The position numbers and the translations under genes were made by a program. From an uncultured Chloroflexia bacterium (GTDB taxonomy: Bacteria > Chloroflexota > Anaerolineae > JAAYZQ01): a DNA stretch of 64,000 nt. The notes under the pieces are model-generated. The model made no database searches and was not told where the DNA came from. It saw only the letters and a program-made list of their open reading frames with translations. Shown here one piece after another: positions 46,428-57,435 of this stretch (the stretch's first letter is position 1; each line of letters opens with the position of its first letter). The DNA is taken from positions 184,568 through 248,567 of the forward strand of contig CAVPBH010000018.1 in assembly GCA_963701775.1 (NCBI GenBank). The letters are read 5' to 3'.

Positions 46428-49400
46428 ATGCAGGCACGGCTGAAAATCCGCCTGCTGGGGACCTTTGACGTGGTCCTCGACGGCGCGCCCCTGGCGGGCT
46501 TCCGGTCGGCCAAGGTGCGCGCGCTGCTTGCCTACCTGGCGGTCGAGACGGACGCCCTTCATCGTCGCGAGGCCCTGGCAACCCTCCTGTGGGGCGAATT
46601 TCCCGAGCGCGACGCCCAGCGCAGCCTGAGCCAAGCGCTAAGCAACCTGCGCGGCCTGCTTGCGCCCCTCTCGCCGGAAGCGGCACCGCCGGGGCCGGGT
46701 ATGGAAACCCGACCTACGGCCTCTGCTCCTTCGGAGCCGGTGCTGGAGATCACCGGCCAGAACGTTCGCCTGCGCGTGGAGCCGGAGCGGGCGTGGGTGG
46801 ACGTGCACGCCTTTGACGCACTCCTGGGGGCTGCCGGCCTGCGCGGCGCCGCGGCGCCGGAAGGCTCCGCCCAGGCCAGGCTGCTTGCCCAGGCGATCGA
46901 TTTGTATCGCGGTCCCTTCCTTTCCGGCCTGTCGCTGCCCGACAGCCCGGAATTCGAGGAGTGGCGGCTACTCCAGCAGGAGCAGCACCACCAGGCCGCG
47001 CTGCTCGCCCTGGAGCGGATGGTCGACCACCACCTGGCGGAGGGGCACACGGACGAGGTAGAGCGTTTTGCCCGCCGGCAGCTCGGGCTCGAACCCTGGA
47101 ACGAGGTCGCCCACCAGAGCCTGATGCTTGCCCTGGCGCTCAGCGGCCGGCGGGGGGCGGCCCTCCGCCAATTTGAGACCTGCCGCAGCGTCCTGGCCGA
47201 TGAGCTGGGCGTCGAGCCCTCGGCCGAGACCGAAGCGCTGCGCAGGCAAATCCGCGATGGCACCTGGAACGATCTGGCGCCGCCTGCCCGCAGCCCGGCT
47301 GGCGCCTTCTCTGGCCTGTCTCCTTCTGCCTTTGTGTCCCGGGAGCGGGAGACGGCGCGGCTCGAGCACTTCCTCGACCTGGCGCTCGCCGGGCAGGGAC
47401 ACGTCGTCCTGGTCACCGGCGAAGCGGGGACGGGCAAGACGGCACTCCTGGCGCACTTTGCCAAGCGCGCGGTGACGGCCCACCGGAGATTGGTAGCGAC
47501 CGCCGGGCGATGTAGCGCCTTCGCCGGCCTGGGCGATCCACTCCTGCCCTTTCGCGAGATCCTCCAGGGGCTCTGCTGCGAGGCATCGAGTGTTTCTGCC
47601 GGCTCCTCCCAGAACCCGGACCACATGCGCCGGCTGTGGGCGCTCTTTCCTTCGGCAGCCCAGGCTCTGGTTGAGCACGGCCCCGACCTGGTCGGCCGCT
47701 TTGTGCCGGTCGAAGATCTGGAGGCCCGCGCCGCGACCCTGGCCCCGCCCGGGGCGTCCTGGCTGGCGCGGCTTGCCGAGCTGAAAGTGGCACGGTCAGG
47801 AGACCGGCCACAGCGAGCTGCGCTCCAGGAAGCGCTCTTTGACCAGGTGACGCGCGTCCTGCTGACCATCGCCCGCAGGCAGCCCCTGCTACTACTCATC
47901 GACGACCTACAGTGGGCCGATGCGGCCTCTCTCAGCCTACTATTTCACCTGGGGCGGCAGCTTACCGCCTCCCGCATCCTGGTCGTCGGCGCCTACCGGC
48001 CGAGCGAGGCAGTGCAAGAAGACCCTGGCAAAGACCCTACGGGTCTTCCGAGACCCCTAGGGTCTATGGCCCACGAGTTTGCCCGGCAGTGGGGCGACAT
48101 CCGCATCGACCTGGATCGGGCAGGGGGCCGGCGCTTCGTCGATGCGCTGCTGGATGCCGAGCCAAACCGGCTCGGAGAGGCCTTTCGCGAGAGGCTGACC
48201 CGCCATACCGGCGGCCACCCCCTCTTCACAGTCGAGATGCTGCGCGCCTTCCAGGAGCGGGGCGAGCTGGTGCTCGACGAGGAGGAGCGCTGGGTCGAGG
48301 GGCCGGCGCCGCACGGCGAGGGGTTGCCGGCGCGCGTCGAGGCGGTCATCGGCGAGCGCATCGACCGGCTGCCGCGCGCCTGGCGCCGGGTCCTGGAAGC
48401 GGCCTGCATCGAGGGGGAGACGTTCAGCGCCGAGGTGGCTGCCCGCGCCACCGGCACAGAGCCGGCCTGGGTGCGCGAGCTGCTGAGCGGCCCGCTCTCT
48501 GCTGAGAGCCGGCTGGTGCAGCCGCTCGGGGTGCAGCTCCTGGGGGACACGGGAGGGGCTCTGTCGCGCTATCGCTTTGGCCACGCCCTCTTCCACGAAT
48601 ACCTGTGCTGCCACATGGACGCAGTGCAGCGGTCGAGGCTGCACGCCGAGGTGGGCGGCGCCCTCGAGACACTCTGCCGGGGCGAGCAGGTCGCGCTCGC
48701 CGAGGTCAGCCCGCAACTGGCGCACCACTACGAGGAGGCTGGGCTGGCCGGCCAGGCGGCGCACTTCCTGCTCTTGGCCGGGCGCCGCGCCACACGCCTG
48801 ACGGCCTACTCGGAGGCAATCTCCCTCTATCAGCGTGGGCTGGCCCAACTGGAACAGGTGCCTGGGTCAGACGAGCGTAGCCGGCGGCAGATCGAGCTCT
48901 ACTTGGCGCTCGACACCCCCCTCTACGCCGCACGCGGCTGGGGCGCGCCCGAGCGGGCCCAGCTCCTCCACCATGCACACCGCCTAGCCCGCCGCCTGGA
49001 TGAGCCCGAGCCGCTCATGCGCGTCCTACTCCTGCTGACTGACATCCACACCTGGCTGGGGGAAGACCTCCAGGCGCTACAGTGCGCCGAGGAGCTGCTC
49101 TGCCGGGCGGAGGTCGAGCAGGACACATTCTACCTGGCAGCCGGCCACCTGGCCGCCGGGCTGAGCAATCTCCCCCAGGGGCACCTGGCCGCAGGGCGCA
49201 TTCACCTGGAGAGGGCTTGGGCGCTCGGGTCACCCGGCGCAGGGCAGCCTGCCGCCCAGGGGCCGGCGGAGCAGCGGCCGGTGCGCCCGCCGCTGCTGCC
49301 GGTTGCCGACACGGACCTGGCCGCTACCGCGCTCACCTGGCTGAGCACTACCCTGTTTTTGATGGGCTACGGCGACCAGGCCCTCTCCGCCAGCCGGCGT

Positions 49401-50090
49401 GCCCTGGCCCGCGTGGACGAGCTGGCCGATCCCCTCACCAGTCTGCTGGTGGTCATGGTAGCCGGCGCCGCCTTCCACGCGATACGCGGCGATGCGACCG
49501 CTTCGCAGGCGGAATCGGAGCGGCTTCTCGCCGTGACCGATCGCTACGGCCTGCCGCTCGGCAAGGGTTGGGCCGTCTTCTTCCGGGGTTGGGCACAGGT
49601 GGACCGGGGTGAAGAGACGGACGGCCTGGCGGCCATGCGCACCAGCCTGAAGATCGTGCATGGGGGAGGCGCGCAGGCCTTCCGGCCGATGCTCCACTGC
49701 CTCATGGCCGAGGCGCTCTTGCGTGCCGGCCAAGCCGGAGAGGGGCTGGAGGTGCTGGCCGACGTCGGCCCCCACGCCGGGCGGGTGTTCGAGGCCGAGG
49801 TGCACCGGCTGCGCGGCGAGCTGCTGCTGAAGGCAGACCATGGACCACAGACCATAGACCGGGGTCCGTCGTCCGCCGCCGAAGCCGAGGTCTGCTTCCG
49901 GCGCGCGCTGGAGGTGGCCCGCCGGCAGGAAACTCACCTCTTCGAGCTGCGCGCGGCGATGAGCCTGGCGCGGCTGTGGCAGGCGCAGGGCCGGTCGGAC
50001 GAGGCACGCGAGCTGGTGGCCGGCGCCTATGCCTGGTTCTCCGAGGGGTTCGATCTGCGCGACCTGGCGCAGGCGCGGGCGATGCTCTAG
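46428..50090 (+). CDS. SARP-family (AfsR-like) transcriptional regulator: OmpR-type wHTH, BTAD, AAA ATPase and TPR domains
   Basis: MQARLKIRLLGTFDVVLDG... winged-helix plus BTAD domain, then Walker A GEAGTGKTALL, a long TPR region and the C-terminal AYAWFSEGFDLRDLAQARAML. GGGGAGAAAGGG RBS. The ORF-track start at 45699 is a spurious 243-aa extension. Confidence 0.8.
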   Translation: MQARLKIRLLGTFDVVLDGAPLAGFRSAKVRALLAYLAVETDALHRREALATLLWGEFPERDAQRSLSQALSNLRGLLAPLSPEAAPPGPGMETRPTASAPSEPVLEITGQNVRLRVEPERAWVDVHAFDALLGAAGLRGAAAPEGSAQARLLAQAIDLYRGPFLSGLSLPDSPEFEEWRLLQQEQHHQAALLALERMVDHHLAEGHTDEVERFARRQLGLEPWNEVAHQSLMLALALSGRRGAALRQFETCRSVLADELGVEPSAETEALRRQIRDGTWNDLAPPARSPAGAFSGLSPSAFVSRERETARLEHFLDLALAGQGHVVLVTGEAGTGKTALLAHFAKRAVTAHRRLVATAGRCSAFAGLGDPLLPFREILQGLCCEASSVSAGSSQNPDHMRRLWALFPSAAQALVEHGPDLVGRFVPVEDLEARAATLAPPGASWLARLAELKVARSGDRPQRAALQEALFDQVTRVLLTIARRQPLLLLIDDLQWADAASLSLLFHLGRQLTASRILVVGAYRPSEAVQEDPGKDPTGLPRPLGSMAHEFARQWGDIRIDLDRAGGRRFVDALLDAEPNRLGEAFRERLTRHTGGHPLFTVEMLRAFQERGELVLDEEERWVEGPAPHGEGLPARVEAVIGERIDRLPRAWRRVLEAACIEGETFSAEVAARATGTEPAWVRELLSGPLSAESRLVQPLGVQLLGDTGGALSRYRFGHALFHEYLCCHMDAVQRSRLHAEVGGALETLCRGEQVALAEVSPQLAHHYEEAGLAGQAAHFLLLAGRRATRLTAYSEAISLYQRGLAQLEQVPGSDERSRRQIELYLALDTPLYAARGWGAPERAQLLHHAHRLARRLDEPEPLMRVLLLLTDIHTWLGEDLQALQCAEELLCRAEVEQDTFYLAAGHLAAGLSNLPQGHLAAGRIHLERAWALGSPGAGQPAAQGPAEQRPVRPPLLPVADTDLAATALTWLSTTLFLMGYGDQALSASRRALARVDELADPLTSLLVVMVAGAAFHAIRGDATASQAESERLLAVTDRYGLPLGKGWAVFFRGWAQVDRGEETDGLAAMRTSLKIVHGGGAQAFRPMLHCLMAEALLRAGQAGEGLEVLADVGPHAGRVFEAEVHRLRGELLLKADHGPQTIDRGPSSAAEAEVCFRRALEVARRQETHLFELRAAMSLARLWQAQGRSDEARELVAGAYAWFSEGFDLRDLAQARAML

Positions 50091-50137
50091 GCAGAAGCCG
50101 GCGCACAGAAGGTGCGTCGCATCTGATTCCGGCCCTG

Positions 50138-50899
50138 CTAGTGGGTCAGGATCTGGCTCAGGAAGAGCCGGGTGCGCTCCGACTTGGGGTTGGCAAAGAA
50201 CTCGGCGGGGGGCGCCTCTTCGACGATCACGCCCTCATCAAAGAAGACAATCCGGTCACACACCTCGCGGGCAAAGCCCATCTCGTGGGTGACCACGATC
50301 ATGGTGATGCCCGAGCGGGCCAGGCCGCGCATCACATCCAGCACCTCTTTGATCATCTCCGGATCGAGCGCCGAGGTCGGCTCGTCAAAGAGCATGATCT
50401 TGGGCTCCATCGCCAGGGCGCGGGCGATCGCCACCCGCTGCTGCTGCCCGCCCGAGAGCTGCCCAGGGAACTTGTTCGCCTGCTCGGGGATGCCCACCCG
50501 CTGCAGCAGGCGCAGCGCGGCCTCTTCGGCCTTGGCCTTGGGCCAGCGCTTTACCCAGATCGGCGCCAGCGTGATGTTCTGCACGACCGTCAGGTGGGGA
50601 AAGAGGTTGAACGACTGGAACACCATCCCGATCTCGCTGCGGACGGTGGCGATGTTGCGCACGTCGTGGGTCAGCTCGATGCCGTCGACGATGATGTCGC
50701 CCTTCTGGTGCTCCTCCAGCCGGTTGATGGTGCGGATAAAGGTCGACTTGCCCGATCCCGAAGGACCGCAGATGACGACCACCTCGCCCTTCTGGATGGT
50801 GATCGTGATGCCCTTCAGCACGTGAAAGTCGCCGAACCACTTTTCGACGTTCCGGCAGACGATGATGCCTTCGCCGGCGCCCGTTGCAGCTTCTACCAT
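50138..50899 (-). CDS. polar amino acid ABC transporter ATP-binding protein
   Basis: Walker [10 protein letters not shown], signature [15 protein letters not shown] and Walker [11 protein letters not shown]. Confidence 0.9.
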   Translation of the reverse strand: MVEAATGAGEGIIVCRNVEKWFGDFHVLKGITITIQKGEVVVICGPSGSGKSTFIRTINRLEEHQKGDIIVDGIELTHDVRNIATVRSEIGMVFQSFNLFPHLTVVQNITLAPIWVKRWPKAKAEEAALRLLQRVGIPEQANKFPGQLSGGQQQRVAIARALAMEPKIMLFDEPTSALDPEMIKEVLDVMRGLARSGITMIVVTHEMGFAREVCDRIVFFDEGVIVEEAPPAEFFANPKSERTRLFLSQILTH

Positions 50900-50929
50900 G
50901 GCTTGCTCCCCAGTCGAGCCCGCATCCTC

Positions 50930-52150
50930 CTATCGCTCACCCACGCCCAGCGACCGCTCCAGCCGCCGGCTGGCATACGACATGGAGAAAGTAAAGACCC
51001 AGAAGACCACCGCGATAAAGACATAGACTTCCTTGTCCAGCAGAAGCCACTGGACGTTGCTGTTGAGCACCGCCTTGCCCACCGCCAACAACTCGACCAG
51101 CCCGACGATGATCGCCAGCGTGGTGTCCATGAAGAGAGCGATGAACTGGCCGACGATGGCCGGGATGACGGCCCGCAGCGCCTGCGGCAGGACGATCAGC
51201 AGCATGGTGTGAAAGCCGCTCAGCCCGACCGCCTTGGCGGCCTCGATCTGCCCCTTGGGGATCGACTGTAGGCCTCCGCGCACATTCTCCGCCATGTAGG
51301 CGGCGGCGAAGAAGGTCATGGCCAGCATCGCGCGCAGCACGCGGTCGATCCGCACATTCTCCGGCAGGAATAGCGGCAGGATCAGCGAGAACATGAAGAG
51401 GATCGTGACGAGCGGCACGCCGCGCACGAGCTCGATGAACAGCGTGCAGAACACCTTCACCACCGGCAGCGAACTCTGGCGACCCAGCGCGAGAAGGACC
51501 CCGATCGGAAAGGAGGCGACGATTCCGACCAGCGCCAGCAGGAAGGTGAGCAGCAGCCCGCCCCACAGCCCCGTCTCCACCGCCGGCAGCAGCCGGCTGC
51601 CGGGAAGCCCGCGCAGCAGCAACAGCGTCAGGGCAAAGGAGGCCAGCCACAGGATCAAGAGCAGCCGGCTGCCCACCCATCCCCTGCTGCCCAACAGGCG
51701 GCCCAGGACGACCAGCACCGGGCAGGCGAACAGCCCCAGCCGCAGCGCCAGGTCCAGCCGGTCTGCGTTGGGCGGGTGCAGGTCGATCGGAAGCAAAGCG
51801 AGCAGCCCCAAGCCCAGTGCCAGCGCGATGGCAAAGGTCCGCACCGTGCCGCCCCACCGGCCCCAACTGATCCCCATCAGGAGGCAGACGATGCCCAGTA
51901 TCAGCCCGACCCGCCACGCCTGCTCCACTGGGTACTGGCCGAGCGCAAAGAGCTTCAGGCTCTGGAGCACCGGGGCCCAGTTCGCCCGCGAGACCCACAG
52001 GACAACGCCGCGGCCCACCCCGACGATGAAGGCCAGCGCCAGGAGGGTGAGAAGCGCGTTGGGAAGGTTCGGCGCCAGGGTCCTACGCAGCCGCCGCAGC
52101 CGCGATACGACCGGGGGCAGCCGGGAAAGAGCCGGGGAGCCGGGCGCCAT
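50930..52150 (-). CDS. amino acid ABC transporter permease
   Basis: The ATG at 52150 has a GGTGGAG RBS and overlaps the stop of the upstream permease. HisM/AapM-like permease. The ORF-track start at 53404 is an out-of-context extension. Confidence 0.85.
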   Translation of the reverse strand: MAPGSPALSRLPPVVSRLRRLRRTLAPNLPNALLTLLALAFIVGVGRGVVLWVSRANWAPVLQSLKLFALGQYPVEQAWRVGLILGIVCLLMGISWGRWGGTVRTFAIALALGLGLLALLPIDLHPPNADRLDLALRLGLFACPVLVVLGRLLGSRGWVGSRLLLILWLASFALTLLLLRGLPGSRLLPAVETGLWGGLLLTFLLALVGIVASFPIGVLLALGRQSSLPVVKVFCTLFIELVRGVPLVTILFMFSLILPLFLPENVRIDRVLRAMLAMTFFAAAYMAENVRGGLQSIPKGQIEAAKAVGLSGFHTMLLIVLPQALRAVIPAIVGQFIALFMDTTLAIIVGLVELLAVGKAVLNSNVQWLLLDKEVYVFIAVVFWVFTFSMSYASRRLERSLGVGER

Positions 52151-52152
52151 CG

Positions 52153-53349
52153 TCACCGCTCCACCAGGCGCACGCGCCGGTTGTAGAGGTTCATCACCAG
52201 CGACGTGATCAGGCTCATGGCCAGGTAGCACGACATCATCAGCACAAAAACGGGCACTGCCCGGCCTGCCTGGTTGATCGTCGTCTTGCCGACGAAAAAG
52301 AGGTCGGGATAGCCGATCAGCAGCGCCAGGCTCGAGTTCTTGGTCAGGTTCAGGTACTGGCTGATCAGCGGCGGGATGATGACCCGCAGCGCCTGGGGAA
52401 AGATCACCAGACGCAGGACCTGGAGCGGCTTCAGCCCCAGAGCCTTGGCCGCCTCCGCCTGGCCCCTCTGGACGGCCAAGATGCCGGCGCGCACCACCTC
52501 GGCGATAAAGGCCCCGGTGTAGATCACCAGGCCGGCGAGCAGGGCGGTGAACTCGGGAGTAAGCGCCAGCCCCCCGGTAAAGTTGAACTTGCCGAGCACC
52601 GGCACCGTCTTGCTGAGCGGGCTCTCGCCCACGATCAGCCACCCGGCCACCGGCAGCAGGATGAGGACGGCAGCGGCCACGGTCACGGGGTAGGTCGCCC
52701 GGCCGGTTCGGAGCTGGTAGCGCAACAGCACGGCGTGGAGCGTGCCTGATAGGACCACGCCGGCCCCCACAAAGATCATCCAGCCCCAGAAGGTGGCCGT
52801 GGGCGTCGCCCACACGGTGTAGAGCCCGCGCTGGCTGAGGTAGATCGGCCCCGGCAGCTCCAGGCTTTCCTGCACCGAGGGGAGCTGCTGGAAGACCGCA
52901 AAGTACCAGAAAAAGAGCTGGACGGCGAGGGGAATGTTGCGGATCGTCTCGATGTAGCCACCGGCGATCTTGGTCACCAGCCAGTTCGACGAAACGCGCG
53001 CCAGGGCGGCCAAGATTCCCAGGAGCGTCGCCAGGACGATGCCCACCGACGCCACCTGCAGGGTGTGCAGCAGCCCGATCAGGAAGGCAAGTCCGAAGGG
53101 CTTGGAGGGATCGTAGGGCAGGATCGACTCTGGCAGCGGGAAGCCGGCTGCCTGCTTGATGAAGCCAAACCCCAGTCCCAGGCCGCGCTCGTTCGCCGCC
53201 CGCAGGATGTTGCTTCCCAGGAGGAGGGCCACGCCGACGACCAGCACGGCGGACACGATCTGCGCCGCCCATTGCAGCACGACCGCGTCCCGCCAGAAGG
53301 GCACCCCCCGCCGGTAGAGAAGCCTGCGGAGCCGGCCTTGGCTCACCAC
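52153..53349 (-). CDS. amino acid ABC transporter permease
   Basis: 398-aa AapQ-like permease with the EAA loop IAEVVRAGILAVQRGQAEAAKALGL. Confidence 0.85.
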   Translation of the reverse strand: MVSQGRLRRLLYRRGVPFWRDAVVLQWAAQIVSAVLVVGVALLLGSNILRAANERGLGLGFGFIKQAAGFPLPESILPYDPSKPFGLAFLIGLLHTLQVASVGIVLATLLGILAALARVSSNWLVTKIAGGYIETIRNIPLAVQLFFWYFAVFQQLPSVQESLELPGPIYLSQRGLYTVWATPTATFWGWMIFVGAGVVLSGTLHAVLLRYQLRTGRATYPVTVAAAVLILLPVAGWLIVGESPLSKTVPVLGKFNFTGGLALTPEFTALLAGLVIYTGAFIAEVVRAGILAVQRGQAEAAKALGLKPLQVLRLVIFPQALRVIIPPLISQYLNLTKNSSLALLIGYPDLFFVGKTTINQAGRAVPVFVLMMSCYLAMSLITSLVMNLYNRRVRLVER

Positions 53350-53433
53350 CTCTCTGCTCTCCTCGAGTGTAGACGAGAAGCAGAGGCCTGGCAGGCGCTG
53401 CCACCCGCCAGGCTCTGCCCCAACGCGCCGTCC

Positions 53434-54546
53434 CTAGCGCAGCGGCGGCGCGTACATCAAGCCCCCATCCTTCCAGAGCTTGTTCAGCCCCCGATCCAGT
53501 GTGAAGGAGAGGCCCTCCGGTCCCATGTAGCGATCATAGATCTCGCCATAGTTGCCCATGGCCTTGATCACGTTGGCGGCAAAGTCGACCGACAGACCCA
53601 GGTCCTCCTGGCCAAAGGTGCCCTCGACGCCGAGCAGCCGCCTGATCTCGATCGACTCGCTGGCCTTCATCTCGTCGACGTTCTGCGAGGTGACGCCCAG
53701 CTCTTCGGCATTCACGAGCACCCAGGCGGTGAGCTTGACCACATCGAACCACTTGTCGTCGCCGTGCGGCACGGCAGGCGTCAGCGGCTCCTTCGACATG
53801 GTCACGTCCATGATGACGTGATCGTCCGGGTTGGCAAAGCCGCTGCGGACGGCTGCAAGCTGCGACTTGTCGCTGGTGGCGGCGTCACAGCGACCATCCT
53901 CGTAGGCGCTGTATACCGCCGACGTGTCCTCGAATGTGACGGCCGTGAACTCCAGGCCCAACTGGCGGAAGGCATCGGCCAGGTTCTTCTCGGTGGTGGT
54001 GCCGGTCGTCACACAGACGGTCGCGCCGGCCAGGTCCTCCAGCGTGGTAAAGCCGGTGTCCTTGCGCACCATCATCCCCTGGCCGTCATAGTAGGTAACC
54101 ATAGTGAAGTTACCCCACTGGATGTCACGGGTCGAGGTCCACGTCATGTTGCGGGCGACAATATCCACCTCGGCGTTCTGCAAGGCCGGCCCACGGTCGG
54201 CGGCCTGGATAGCAACAAACTCCACGGCCTCGGGGTTGTTGAAAACGGCCACGGCCACCGCCCGGCAGAAGTCGATGTCAAAGCCCAGGTTCTTGCCGTT
54301 GGCGTCCAGGTAGCCAAAGCCGGGCAGGCTGGTGTGGACGCCGCACACCACCTTACCCCGCGCACGGACGGCGTCCAGGATGCCGCCCGTAGCGGGAAGT
54401 GTCCCCGCCGCCGGACACTCTGGGCAATCCGGGCACTGGGCACAGGGGGTGGGTACGGGGCATTCGGTCTCGGCTCCGCAGGCGCTCAGCAGCAGCGCGC
54501 CCACGGTCAACAGGGTCAACAGCACGAATAAGGATCTGCGGTTCAC
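53434..54546 (-). CDS. amino acid ABC transporter substrate-binding lipoprotein
   Basis: GTG at 54546 with an AAGGAGGGAG RBS. Signal peptide with LLLSAC lipobox, a Cys-rich linker (CPVPTPCAQCPDCPECP), then a type-2 periplasmic binding-protein domain. Confidence 0.8.
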   Translation of the reverse strand: MNRRSLFVLLTLLTVGALLLSACGAETECPVPTPCAQCPDCPECPAAGTLPATGGILDAVRARGKVVCGVHTSLPGFGYLDANGKNLGFDIDFCRAVAVAVFNNPEAVEFVAIQAADRGPALQNAEVDIVARNMTWTSTRDIQWGNFTMVTYYDGQGMMVRKDTGFTTLEDLAGATVCVTTGTTTEKNLADAFRQLGLEFTAVTFEDTSAVYSAYEDGRCDAATSDKSQLAAVRSGFANPDDHVIMDVTMSKEPLTPAVPHGDDKWFDVVKLTAWVLVNAEELGVTSQNVDEMKASESIEIRRLLGVEGTFGQEDLGLSVDFAANVIKAMGNYGEIYDRYMGPEGLSFTLDRGLNKLWKDGGLMYAPPLR

Positions 54547-54847
54547 GGTTTCTCCCTCCTTGTTCCTGATCAGACGGCTGCGAAACGAACGGGGTAGTCC
54601 CTGGCAGCAGATCGTACGCCGGCGCATGCCTCCTTTCTGCAGGAATCCAGGATCCGGCGGCAGGGCCGGCCATGCCTGACCTGCGCGTCCAGTGTACCAC
54701 AGGATCGTGTTTCGCGCAACTGGACGCATCGGAGCTTTGGGGGTCCTCGGGTGCCCGTCATGTTGAGGGTGACAGGTACCTCAGTCTGGGGCACTCTTTC
54801 CGGCACCGGCGACTTGCGGTACAATCCCGCGGAAAGGACTCACACTA

Positions 54848-56563
54848 ATGCACAGCATCAACTCCGCCTTCTTCGTCCTCGCCCTGCTCCTGGGCGCCGC
54901 GTCTGCCGCATCCGGCCCGGTCCAAGCGCCTCCCCTGCCGCCGGCGCCCGACTGGACGGCCGAGGGACAGCAGGACTGGGCCCACTTTGGCCTGGCTGCC
55001 GGTAGAGCCGGCGACGTGAACGCCGACGGCTACGGTGACCTAATCGCAGGGGCGCACCTGTACGACGGCGGGCAGACGGACGAGGGCGCCGCCTTCCTCT
55101 ACCTGGGCTCGCCGGCCGGCCTGGGCGCCCAGCCCGCCTGGAGTGCCGAGGGTGACCAGGCGTATGCCTACTTCGGCCGGGCGGTGAGCGACGCCGGCGA
55201 TGTGGACGGGGATGGCTACGACGACGTCCTGGTGGGTGCGTATGGCTACGAGCGAGCGGCGAGCGAGGAGGGGCGCATCTATCTCTACCGGGGGACGGAC
55301 GGAGGCCTAACGCCTCAGCCCACCTGGAGCGCCGATGGGGGCCAGGCCTACGCCAACCTCGGCTGGTCGGTTTCGGGTGCCGGAGACCTTAACGGCGACG
55401 GCTACGACGACCTGGCGGCAGGCGCGCCCTTCTACGACAACGGTCAGGCCGACGAGGGGATAGCGTGGGTTTTCTACGGTTCACCCTCGGGGCCCTCCCC
55501 GGCGCACGGCTGGCAGGGCGAGAGCGACCAGGAGGGCGCTTTCTTTGGATTTTCGCTCGCCGGCGCCGGCGATGTGAACGGAGACGGCTACGACGACCTG
55601 CTCGTCGGCGCCTACGGCTACGACAACCCGCTGGAGCGCGAGGGGCGTGTCTACCTCTTCTACGGCTCGGCCGGCGGCCTCTCCCCGGCCGCCGGCTGGA
55701 CGGCCGAGTCAGGCCAGGCAGGCTCCTGCTACGGCCTGGCCGTGGCTGCCGCCGGCGACCTCAACGCCGACGGCTACGACGACCTGGCCGTGGGCGCCTA
55801 TCTCTACGACGGCACCCTCCAGGACGAGGGCGCGGTGCTTGTCTACCTGGGCTCGGCCTCCGGCCCCTCGGCAGAGCCAGATTGGATTGCCTACGGCGGC
55901 CAGGCATCGGCCTTCCTGGGATTTGCCCTCGGCGCCGCCGGCGATTTGGACGGGGACGGCTTTGGCGACCTGGCCGCCGGCGCGCACGCCTACGACGACG
56001 GGCAGATGGACGAGGGCCGGGCGCTGGTTTGGCTCGGATCGGCCGCCGGGCTGCGGTCAGAGCCTGACTGGGCGGCAGCCAGCGACCAGGAAGGAGCGCA
56101 TTTTGGCCGGCCGGTGCGCTCCGCCGGCGACGTGAACGGCGACGGCCGGGCCGACCTGGTCGCCGGAGCATCGAGCTGGGACGGTGGACAGGTGGACGAG
56201 GGGGCGGTGTTCGTCTACTACGGCGTGCCCGGCGAAACACTGCACCTGTCGCTCCTGAAGCTGGGCTGGAAGCCCGGACCAAAGCCCGGGACCTACGTCC
56301 TCAGCGCAGCAGCAGCGGTCCACGACGGGGACCACGCGCCGGCACCTGGCGTGCGCGTGGCGGGCACGTGGACGGCGCCCGACGGCGCGATCACGGCTCA
56401 AACCGCGCTGACCGACGCCCGGGGCCAGGTCAGGTTCCTCCTGAAGGCACGGCTGGCCGGAGCCTACCAGTTCTGCGTCACAGGCATGGCGAAGGAGGGC
56501 TACGCCGACAATCCGGCGAACGACCACAGCCCCCGCTGCAGGACGGTACAGGTGGGGGAATAG
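54848..56563 (+). CDS. secreted FG-GAP (integrin-alpha-like) repeat protein with the shared C-terminal domain
   Basis: Signal peptide MHSINSAFFVLALLLGAASAASG. About 9 FG-GAP repeats (GDVNADGYGDLIAGA..., GDVDGDGYDDVLVGA...). The C-terminus is RGQVRFLLKARLAGAYQFCVTGMAKEGYADNPANDHSPRCRTVQVGE. Confidence 0.75.
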   Translation: MHSINSAFFVLALLLGAASAASGPVQAPPLPPAPDWTAEGQQDWAHFGLAAGRAGDVNADGYGDLIAGAHLYDGGQTDEGAAFLYLGSPAGLGAQPAWSAEGDQAYAYFGRAVSDAGDVDGDGYDDVLVGAYGYERAASEEGRIYLYRGTDGGLTPQPTWSADGGQAYANLGWSVSGAGDLNGDGYDDLAAGAPFYDNGQADEGIAWVFYGSPSGPSPAHGWQGESDQEGAFFGFSLAGAGDVNGDGYDDLLVGAYGYDNPLEREGRVYLFYGSAGGLSPAAGWTAESGQAGSCYGLAVAAAGDLNADGYDDLAVGAYLYDGTLQDEGAVLVYLGSASGPSAEPDWIAYGGQASAFLGFALGAAGDLDGDGFGDLAAGAHAYDDGQMDEGRALVWLGSAAGLRSEPDWAAASDQEGAHFGRPVRSAGDVNGDGRADLVAGASSWDGGQVDEGAVFVYYGVPGETLHLSLLKLGWKPGPKPGTYVLSAAAAVHDGDHAPAPGVRVAGTWTAPDGAITAQTALTDARGQVRFLLKARLAGAYQFCVTGMAKEGYADNPANDHSPRCRTVQVGE

Positions 56564-56608
56564 AAAGCAGCGCGCCCTTTCGAGCGCGCTGCACGGTGAG
56601 CAGGAATC

Positions 56609-57258
56609 CTACGGCACGGTGATCGCGGCGCAGTCGCTCGGGTTCAGGCTGGGATCGTAGGTGAACCCGGCCTTGGTCACGTCGGTCACGCACAGGATGT
56701 ACGTTCCGGACTCCCAGTAGTTCAGCTTGAAAGCGGCAAAGCCCTGCGGGTCCTTGGTGACCCTCACGTCAGTGTAGATCGAGCCACCAGGTGTCGTCCA
56801 CTCGACATACACGGAAGCACCAGGAACCCGTGGTCCGCTCATCTCGCGGATTTGGACCTAACCGCGGACGGATACGGTGGGGATCGGGGTGTCTGGGGCA
56901 CCTTCGATTGGGAGAGCGACGTAGGACATCTTGAACTGGCTCGCGTAGATGAGGTTCTTGCTGCCCGACAGGCGGAAGGCCCAGTCGTGCTGGGACACTC
57001 CCCAGGTGGATCCTGACTGGATCGAGGTCCAGACGCCGGGGAACCCGAATCCGCCGCCAGGGTTGATCACCTGGCCGACGTAGCCGTTGGCCGTAGTCGA
57101 CAACTGCCGCCCGTACTGGCCGTAGCAAGGCTAAAATCCAGCTGCGGGTAGAACACGAGCCACCAGGTGCCCGGCGGCACTCGATCTTGCGCGGCGGTCA
57201 TGGCCACCGAAGACAGGGCCACGAGGAGGATAAGCAAAGAAACAGCCACTTTTCGCAT
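56609..57258 (-). CDS. small secreted protein with a half SQCF-type domain and the shared C-terminal domain; two frameshifts
   Basis: The ATG at 57258 has an AAAGGAG RBS. Signal peptide MRKVAVSLLILLVALSSVAMTAA. The product reads coherently across three frames (..PPGTWWLVFYPQLDFS.. / ..ANGYVGQVINPGGGFGFPGVW.. / ..GTYILCVTDVTKAGFTYDPSLNPSDCAAITVP*). Confidence 0.5.
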
Positions 57259-57435
57259 CGGACCACTCCTTTCTAGTTTCCCTCGGGGCAGCGCGCCCCA
57301 TCCTGAAAAGAAAGCGTGCAGGAACAGAGCTTGGCTTGACAGTGTCAATGGACTGTGCAGCGGCCTTGTGCGCCCCTCCAGCCCCTGAGATCGCCAGGCT
57401 GGAGCCCGGCGTTCTCCAATCCGTTCCCGAATCCG

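Noticed and set aside
53065-54531. 488-aa plus-strand ORF opposite the permease and binding-protein genes
   Set aside because: Antisense to the ABC transporter operon.
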